Shown piece by piece: positions 16,199 to 22,611 of a DNA stretch of 35,854 nt. Position 1 is the first letter of the stretch. Each line of letters starts with the position of its first letter. The notes beneath the pieces were generated by a model. It ran no database searches. It had not been told where the DNA came from and saw only the letters and a program-made list of their open reading frames with translations. Origin of the DNA: Bacteroidota bacterium (GTDB taxonomy: Bacteria > Bacteroidota > Bacteroidia > Bacteroidales > UBA1402); assembly GCA_030706285.1 (NCBI GenBank), contig JAUZOU010000002.1, forward strand, positions 1-35,854, given 5' to 3'. The translations under genes and the position numbers were made by a program.

Positions 16199-17383
16199 TC
16201 AAGCACGTACAATGCCTTCATCGATCATCTGCTTGGCCAGTTCGACCCTGCGTAAACAGTCATTTTTGTCGGATGAAACAGCCAGTACATAACCGCAACC
16301 ATCCAGATTATTTTTATACTCCCTGATCGAATCATGGACCTGCAAATGATGAAAAATATGGACCTGACATTGATGCGTAATCTTATTAAAATCAGGCAAT
16401 CCAGTTATCTTTCCAGGTTTCAGTGCCAGTATTTTTGTCGCTACAGCATAAGTTCCAACAGATGCCATGTTCACCTCATCTCCGACAGCCGCCCTGATCA
16501 GATTGCCCATATAATCGATACCCGTGTGCAACGGAACGATGTGAGAGCCGATCAGATTACCCCCCATCCTTGCACCCACATCAACAATATAGATTTTGTT
16601 ATCGCTGGTAATCAAAATGTCCATATTCACAGCACCGAAATCAATGCCAAGAGTTATTATGGCATTGCTCACAACGGTTTTGACTTCTTTCTCTATGGCT
16701 AAACCACTAGGCAACGAATGGCCCAGTTCTGCGTAGATAGGGGGCGAAGTCATCTGTTTATCAAGAATTGCCAGCACATGGACATGACCATTGTATACAA
16801 ACGATTCGACCCCATATTCTTTTCCAACAATAAAATCTTCAATTAAAGCCTTCCCGACATTTGAGGACGCGATGGCCATCCGGCAGGCAGATCGAAGATG
16901 CTGAATCGAATTTACCCGTTTAATCGCTTTACTACCCGATCCGTCACATGGTTTGACCATAACAGGGAAGTGAATACTATCTCTAAGCTGATCGATTTCA
17001 TTCAGGTCACTGATTAAATAATAATGAGACAAATCATCAATCTGACTGGTAAATAACGTACGACGTATATAGAATTTATTTTTGACTGTTTGTGCTACCT
17101 TATAGTCAATGCCGGGAAGTGACATTTGCTGAGAAATATAGGCTGATGTCAAGACTCCATAATCTGTTGCAGCTGTCAGAACTCCATCAACCTTCTTCTC
17201 TTTGGCATAGGCCAGGCAGGACTCTTGATCTACAATATCGATTGTTTTGTATTCGTCGGCATACCTGAAACCAATAGATTTCGGATTCCCATCAACGACA
17301 ACAGTCTCATAGCCAAGCTCCTTCGCTTTTACTATAATAAAAGTCTGTAAAAAGCCCGCACCAATAATTAAAATTCGCTTCAT
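16199..17383 (-). CDS. ATP-grasp carboxylate-amine ligase (L-amino-acid-ligase-like), copy 2
   Basis: MKRILIIGAGFLQTFIIVKAKELGYETVVVD. FPVMVKPCDGSGSKAIKRV. IEDFIVGKEYGVESFV. VDVGARMGGN. Confidence 0.8.
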   Translation of the reverse strand: MKRILIIGAGFLQTFIIVKAKELGYETVVVDGNPKSIGFRYADEYKTIDIVDQESCLAYAKEKKVDGVLTAATDYGVLTSAYISQQMSLPGIDYKVAQTVKNKFYIRRTLFTSQIDDLSHYYLISDLNEIDQLRDSIHFPVMVKPCDGSGSKAIKRVNSIQHLRSACRMAIASSNVGKALIEDFIVGKEYGVESFVYNGHVHVLAILDKQMTSPPIYAELGHSLPSGLAIEKEVKTVVSNAIITLGIDFGAVNMDILITSDNKIYIVDVGARMGGNLIGSHIVPLHTGIDYMGNLIRAAVGDEVNMASVGTYAVATKILALKPGKITGLPDFNKITHQCQVHIFHHLQVHDSIREYKNNLDGCGYVLAVSSDKNDCLRRVELAKQMIDEGIVRA

Positions 17384-17408
17384 ATCAAGCCAATGTTAAG
17401 CAATTATA

Positions 17409-17891
17409 TCACAATACTTTTTCCATGATATAGACTCGAAAATAAGTGGTTGGTCTTGAGCCTGTAATGGAAAAATGATGTTTCTTAAAGAATTGAATGG
17501 CATTTTCACTTTTATCGTACACATCCAAATAAAGGGAATAGACACCTGCTTTGTGGCAAAAATCTTCAATGTATGCCATACTGCTCATGCCGATACCTTG
17601 ACCTGAAGCCAAAGGGAGCGTTGCCATCTTATAAAGCTTGGCGATAGTAGCGACATTGTAACTTATTTCTATTTGAAACGTATGAACATACCTGCCGGAA
17701 TCAAGGTCCTCAACCAAAAAAACATGGCGATTTGTACAATCATTCTGGATGGAGTCTATCGGGTAAGGCGTTTTCCAATGACACAATCCTAGTTCTTTAT
17801 ACATGTATTCACCACATTCTTTAATAATCCTATAACTCTCCTTGATTTTGTTTGTATCACTAGCTGATATTTCATAAAATCGCAAGTTCAT
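17409..17891 (-). CDS. GNAT-family N-acetyltransferase
   Basis: 160 aa. Acetyl-CoA-binding-type motif LASGQGIGMSSMAYIEDFCHKAG, followed by LDVYDKSENAIQFFKKHHFSITG. Confidence 0.75.
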   Translation of the reverse strand: MNLRFYEISASDTNKIKESYRIIKECGEYMYKELGLCHWKTPYPIDSIQNDCTNRHVFLVEDLDSGRYVHTFQIEISYNVATIAKLYKMATLPLASGQGIGMSSMAYIEDFCHKAGVYSLYLDVYDKSENAIQFFKKHHFSITGSRPTTYFRVYIMEKVL

Positions 17892-17993
17892 GGCATTTAT
17901 TTTCTAAATTTGATATCCATTCCAGGTTCTAGGCGGAAAACGCACGTCAAAATCCATTAACCGTTGGCAGACTTGCAGGTAAATAGACCTGTA

Positions 17994-19058
17994 CTAACAT
18001 TCAATCATCTTATTGAACCTCAACTGTCCTACCTCCATAATTATGGCAGCCCAAGTCAATCCGACACCAAATCCAGCCAGACACAGTTTATACTGATTGT
18101 GGCAGAGTTTGTCTCCAAGGTTATATGAAATGTTGGTCGGCACCGTGACACTACTGGCATTTCCGAATAGCCCGACGATGTTGCTCGGCATTTTTTCTCT
18201 GTCCACTCCGATCGTATCTGCCAATTTATTTAACATAAATCGGTTGGGCTGATGAAACATATACCAATCAATGTCGTCACGATTCAATCCTGATTTTGTC
18301 AGTAATTCTTCAATCATCGGAGGCACTTCCCTCTGGACAAAATTGAAGATTTCATCTCCTTTCATGATAACCTGGTTCAGCGACCGGATATTTCCATCCT
18401 CATCTTCACGCATGATCGCCGTTTCTGCACTGCATGGCATACGGAAACCACCAGCCGGAATCATCAGTGCAAAGGCGCCTGTACCATCCATCTTGATGGC
18501 ACAATGAATGACCGAGCCGGTCGGATTCTTTTCGACAATAGTCACAGAAGCCGCATCACCTGCCAATGGATATGAATTCCGGTCTTGTTTGGAGACTTTT
18601 GAACTCAGGACATCGGCATTCAACAGAACGACCCTGTTAATCGAGTCCTGCTCCAGTAACATAAAGGCCTGAATAAGGCCAAGTTCATAGCCAGCACAGC
18701 CCTGATTAATATCCATACAAATCATATCCTGTTTCATGCCGTAATGGCCTTGAATAATGTTGCTTGTCGGCGGCAGGAAATAATCCGGCGATTGAGAAAC
18801 AAACAACAAGGCATCGATCTCGTTTTTATCCAGCAGTTCATTTTGAAACAGATAATCCAGTCCGGCGATGCACAAATCTGATGCACAAACCTCACTGTCT
18901 GCAAGTCTATGCGTATTGTACCCCATAGCCAGTTTTAGTTTCATCGATTTGGCCGGAGGAAAATTATAATTTTCCACCTCATCGTCAAACTTCAGTTCAT
19001 TTCGAGGCAAGACAGTCAGAATACCACTGATCCTTTTGTTGTTGAATGTCAGTTTCAC
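17994..19058 (-). CDS. KAS III (FabH)-like thiolase-fold enzyme, copy 2 in transcription order
   Basis: A Cys-His-Asn triad is present: DINQGCAGYELG, MFHQPNRFML, GLFGNASSVTVP. The first possible start in the open frame is GTG at 19056..19058, 8 nt after the upstream stop. The next in-frame ATG is about 48 codons in. Confidence 0.85.
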   Translation of the reverse strand: MKLTFNNKRISGILTVLPRNELKFDDEVENYNFPPAKSMKLKLAMGYNTHRLADSEVCASDLCIAGLDYLFQNELLDKNEIDALLFVSQSPDYFLPPTSNIIQGHYGMKQDMICMDINQGCAGYELGLIQAFMLLEQDSINRVVLLNADVLSSKVSKQDRNSYPLAGDAASVTIVEKNPTGSVIHCAIKMDGTGAFALMIPAGGFRMPCSAETAIMREDEDGNIRSLNQVIMKGDEIFNFVQREVPPMIEELLTKSGLNRDDIDWYMFHQPNRFMLNKLADTIGVDREKMPSNIVGLFGNASSVTVPTNISYNLGDKLCHNQYKLCLAGFGVGLTWAAIIMEVGQLRFNKMIEC

Positions 19059-19066
19059 TTGAGTTT

Positions 19067-20083
19067 TTATCTAAGTGTATTTGTCTTTCCTAAATCGTAT
19101 CTTTTCGATAGTGCAATTCGAAAATTTTCCGGTGGTATTCCACAGGAAATCATAGCTATAAATACTTCCGATTCTCTTATATCGCACAACTTACGTAACG
19201 TTAAATCCTTTTCAATCGTATTACTGCAATTCAACATACAAGCTCCAATTTTATAATAATGCAAAGCATAAAGTACATTCATTGCATAGATGCCACCATC
19301 TATAAAAGATTCATTTCTTTCTCCAACATTTGCAAACACACCGACTTCAGCTGTTATAACGATCAACTTGTTAACTAAATGTCCAAAGCCTCTATTTCCT
19401 CCCTGGATAATTAATATTGAATTAATTTGATCTTTATTTTCAAACACATACGTCCTCCAGCATTGTCGATTGCAGGCTGATGGTGCCGTTCGTGCCAAAT
19501 CCAGGACCTCAATCAGTTTTTCTGTAGGAATGTTTTCAGTAGAATAATTCCTTATACTTGATCTCGATTTGGCAAATTGAAAAAAGGGAGATTCCGAGTA
19601 TCTGAAATAGTCTTCAATAGATGCGTCTTTTTGACGACAAACAGTGGTTTTAGCTACCACTTGCTTTAAATCATGAATTGAATTTGCGACTACCGCTTCT
19701 AACTGAAACATACAATTTTGGTGAAATTGTTCATACTCCAAGACGACGCCAACGGCATGTTCCAGCTGTTCATCAGTTTCGCCATATTTTTCAATATATT
19801 GCCTGCAATTAGTAGCCAGATTAAAGAGTAACTCCCTTCCAAATCCGAGTTTGGTATCTGGCATAGTCAAGCCTTTTTCAACGACATGGTATTCCTTTAT
19901 AATCTTACCAATTAGCTTTTGAGCGGTATTCGATCCAAAAGTATCTGAAAACCGTATGTACCTGTTCATGTCATAGCGGTACGCTTGCATTAGATGCCAC
20001 AGTAAGCTAAATTGTAGCTTCTTTCGTTTCAGAAAATCAAAAACGACAGTGGGTAGAATATTCTGAAGTAGTTCTTTTAGCAT
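19067..20083 (-). CDS. Nitroreductase-family (FMN oxidoreductase) domain protein with an unrecognised N-terminal extension of about 160 aa
   Basis: The C-terminal half carries RSSIRNYSTENIPTEKLIEVLDLARTAPSACNRQCWR, which fits the nitroreductase RxxxRxF ... PSxxNxQPW pattern. I recognise no family for the N-terminal half. Confidence 0.7.
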   Translation of the reverse strand: MLKELLQNILPTVVFDFLKRKKLQFSLLWHLMQAYRYDMNRYIRFSDTFGSNTAQKLIGKIIKEYHVVEKGLTMPDTKLGFGRELLFNLATNCRQYIEKYGETDEQLEHAVGVVLEYEQFHQNCMFQLEAVVANSIHDLKQVVAKTTVCRQKDASIEDYFRYSESPFFQFAKSRSSIRNYSTENIPTEKLIEVLDLARTAPSACNRQCWRTYVFENKDQINSILIIQGGNRGFGHLVNKLIVITAEVGVFANVGERNESFIDGGIYAMNVLYALHYYKIGACMLNCSNTIEKDLTLRKLCDIRESEVFIAMISCGIPPENFRIALSKRYDLGKTNTLR

Positions 20084-20215
20084 ATTAGTTTTTTTTTAGC
20101 CCGTAAAACCGAGCCCTGTTGGTTTAACTATCTTGTGTCGGACAAGCTGATCAATAGTAATAGATTATACCGATGCCTATTCCAGTCTTTTTCTTTACAA
20201 TTGATTCATTTCCAT

Positions 20216-20452
20216 TTACTTGGCGATATTTTTGGTAACAAGTGCCATAATATGTTCAACAGAGTTGAAATTTTCCGGAATGATGTCCATCCCGCTGATT
20301 GAGATTGAATAGGCATCATCCAATGACGAAACAAGATTGACTATATCGAATGAATCCAACATGCCTTCTTCAATAAAGTCCATCTGGGCATTAAAATTGT
20401 ATTCCGGACGAAGTTCTTCCAGGATTTCAAGTATGATTTCTTTCATAATCAT
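20216..20452 (-). CDS. DltC-like (D-alanyl-carrier-type) carrier protein
   Basis: 78 aa. FIEEGMLDSFDIVNLVSSLDDAYSISI closely parallels the DltC motif (EEGLLDSMGTVQLLLEL...) around the phosphopantetheine Ser. The start is ATG 20452 or 20446. Confidence 0.75.
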   Translation of the reverse strand: MIMKEIILEILEELRPEYNFNAQMDFIEEGMLDSFDIVNLVSSLDDAYSISISGMDIIPENFNSVEHIMALVTKNIAK

Positions 20453-20550
20453 AAGTTTTTATTCAAGACCATAAGCAACTCACATGTCGGATTTTCGCCC
20501 ACGCTGAACAGACGTTTGGGACAAACATGTTCGTTTCATAGCTTGATGTT

Positions 20551-21312
20551 TTATTGTTTGACAAACACATAATCTTTTAGACCATCTGGCTGATAATCAA
20601 GGATCTTATACATCTTCTTATTTAGTTTATTCATCGAATCATACCAGAAATAGGATTTCTCAATCTGATGTTCACCCATATAGTTGAACATATTGAAAAG
20701 TAAGAATAAGGCATTGTCCCAGCCCGTATGATCAAGCCAGCAATTAAAGTAAATTCTTGACTGTTCCCTGGTATAAATAATGACGCCTGTCACATCGCCT
20801 GATTGTTCATGCCGGTTTACCAAGGCCTGTTCATGCTCAATCATTCGTCGAAGCTCTTCCCTGGAGGGCAAATGGTCCAGATACGGATTAAAATGTGAAT
20901 AAAGCAGCGTATATATAGCTTCCAACTCATCTGGGCGGGCATAACACTGGATAAAAGGGCCGCTGGATTTATTGGAATTTTTATAAAGTCGTTCATAGAT
21001 GCCACATAGCTTGTATCCGCCTGTTACGAGAATCATCTCCAAGGATTGATCGATGGCTGTCTTTGATGGAATGTTGATGATATCTTCCGGCATCAGCCGT
21101 TTCAAGACACGCATTAATTCGACTGCGTTGTTGGATAAAAAATAGATACGGGAATACGTTTCATGATTTTTTTTCAAAATCAATGATTCCGGCAGTTCAA
21201 TATACTGCGTATCTGTCAGATCCACGCCGTAATAATTTGAGAATGCAGGCCGTTTCGATAGGATGCAGGCCACTTTTTCCTTTAATTGATGATGATCGGC
21301 CGGAATAAACAT
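20551..21312 (-). CDS. Hypothetical protein (253 aa). The C-terminal half may have a GNAT-like fold
   Basis: A clean ORF, separated by 3 nt from the stop of the upstream KAS III-like gene. The C-terminal region ARPDELEAIYTLLYSHF...VTGVIIYTREQSRIYFNCW...MYKILDYQPDGLKDYVFVK has the general layout of a GNAT domain but lacks a clear Q/RxxGxG/A motif. Confidence 0.5.
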   Translation of the reverse strand: MFIPADHHQLKEKVACILSKRPAFSNYYGVDLTDTQYIELPESLILKKNHETYSRIYFLSNNAVELMRVLKRLMPEDIINIPSKTAIDQSLEMILVTGGYKLCGIYERLYKNSNKSSGPFIQCYARPDELEAIYTLLYSHFNPYLDHLPSREELRRMIEHEQALVNRHEQSGDVTGVIIYTREQSRIYFNCWLDHTGWDNALFLLFNMFNYMGEHQIEKSYFWYDSMNKLNKKMYKILDYQPDGLKDYVFVKQ

Positions 21313-21315
21313 ACC

Positions 21316-22314
21316 TCAATTGAAATTTAATGTGACACCACCCCAGGAATAACCCGCTCCAAAACCTGCCAGCAAGACTTGTCCATGTAAGCGATCCTCT
21401 TTTTTTGCCTCATACAGAGCGATCGGAATACTTGAGGAAACCGTATTTCCTACATTTTCCAGGAATATGTAAAATTTTTCTTCTTCGATTGACAGCAGTT
21501 TTCTCAAATAGTTGATCATGTATTTGTTGGCCTGATGAAAAACAAACAAGTTGATATCAGGTTGTAAAAGGTGGTTACGGGCCAACACATGATCGACCAA
21601 ATCAGGAACGACCAGATTTGAAAAAGAAAAGACGGCACTACCGTTCATATACAGAAAGTCGCTTGAGACCGGATTATTTGAAGCATCAAAAGTCAGGTCA
21701 TTCAGTGGCTCACGATGACGCATCGCCCCTGTCTTGATGATCAGATCCTCTTTGTTTTTGCCATCTGATCCGAACGAAAACTCTCCGATTTCAGCCAGTC
21801 CATTCTTTGAGATTAAGGAGGCTGAAGCGCCATCACCAAAGATCGTGCGGTTTCCTTTATCCTTCGGATGTAAGCATTTAGTCATCGTTTCACCCGTTAG
21901 CAACAATACATTGGTAGCCATTCCGCTAAAAATCAGCCCTTTTGACAGAGCTAGTCCATAAATAAAGCCTGAACAACCCAATGAAAAATCCAAGGCACCA
22001 CAGGTGGTCGGCAGCCTTAACTCATGCTGAATCAGACAGGCCGAACACGGCAACATGTAATCCGGAGTCTCAGTGCAAAACAGCACAAAATCTATCGTCG
22101 ACCGGTCAATTTGATTTTCCTTGAATAGATTTTCTGCTGCCCTGACAGCCAGATCAGCTGCCGTTTCATTGTCAGCCGCTACATGCCGCTGATTGACACC
22201 CACTTTGGAGGCTATCTTGTCAACGCTCCATTCCGGAAACAACTCAACCAGCTGAGCATTAGTCAATATCTTTTCAGGAAGGGCATATGCCAAGGCCTTA
22301 ATATAGACTTTCAT
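21316..22314 (-). CDS. KAS III (FabH)-like thiolase-fold enzyme, copy 1 in transcription order
   Basis: Internal ATG at 22314 gives a FabH-typical start, MKVYIKALAYALPEKILTNAQL. Triad: DFSLGCSGFIYG, VFHQANKYMI, ENVGNTVSSSIP. The longer ORF to 22401 would overlap the upstream carrier gene by 29 nt. Confidence 0.85.
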   Translation of the reverse strand: MKVYIKALAYALPEKILTNAQLVELFPEWSVDKIASKVGVNQRHVAADNETAADLAVRAAENLFKENQIDRSTIDFVLFCTETPDYMLPCSACLIQHELRLPTTCGALDFSLGCSGFIYGLALSKGLIFSGMATNVLLLTGETMTKCLHPKDKGNRTIFGDGASASLISKNGLAEIGEFSFGSDGKNKEDLIIKTGAMRHREPLNDLTFDASNNPVSSDFLYMNGSAVFSFSNLVVPDLVDHVLARNHLLQPDINLFVFHQANKYMINYLRKLLSIEEEKFYIFLENVGNTVSSSIPIALYEAKKEDRLHGQVLLAGFGAGYSWGGVTLNFN

Positions 22315-22372
22315 AAGATCATATTTATTTTTAACGCATAGGCTTTCGTGACCACGGGGGAATTCAAACCTT

Positions 22373-22606
22373 TCAGTTCCTTTTTGACTCGACCAGTTCA
22401 AACAAATCCTTGATGGTATTCATTTGCCTCATTTCATTGACGGTTATGACAACGCCATACTTTTTGTCTGTTATAGCCATAACGGCCAACGCAATTAAGG
22501 AAGACCATTCTTCCAGTTCTCTGAATTTTGTTTCCGGGTTAAAAACCGCTTTGTCCGTTTCCTCAAACTGATCTGAAATCAGTTTAATGTATTCGTTGAC
22601 TTCCAT
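22373..22606 (-). CDS. Small acyl/peptidyl carrier protein, immediately downstream of the adenylating enzyme
   Basis: 77 aa. FRELEEWSSLIALAVMAITDKKYG with Ser at about residue 35-36. It starts 5 nt after the stop of the adenylation gene. Paralog of 11401..11628. Confidence 0.7.
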   Translation of the reverse strand: MEVNEYIKLISDQFEETDKAVFNPETKFRELEEWSSLIALAVMAITDKKYGVVITVNEMRQMNTIKDLFELVESKRN

Positions 22607-22611
22607 AATAA

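Noticed and set aside
14308-17891. GNAT plus two ATP-grasp ligases as a microviridin/graspetide-type RiPP cluster
   Set aside because: The gene trio superficially recalls mdnB/mdnC/mdnD. However, the ATP-grasp proteins have the long Rossmann pre-domain of amino-acid-ligase-type enzymes. No precursor-peptide ORF with a TxKxPSDxxE/D-like core is present; the only intergenic ORF nearby is a 17-codon one at 17904..17957 with no such core. There is no transporter or protease, and a phosphoglycosyl transferase sits between the two ligases.
20490-20530. Interrupted hairpin gaaca-gac-gtttg-gga-caaac-a-tgttc (about 27 nt) within this interval, between the 253-aa gene and the DltC-like carrier
   Set aside because: Two 5-bp stems with an internal loop and no U-run on the transcribed strand. 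This is within what chance produces in a 98-nt gap.
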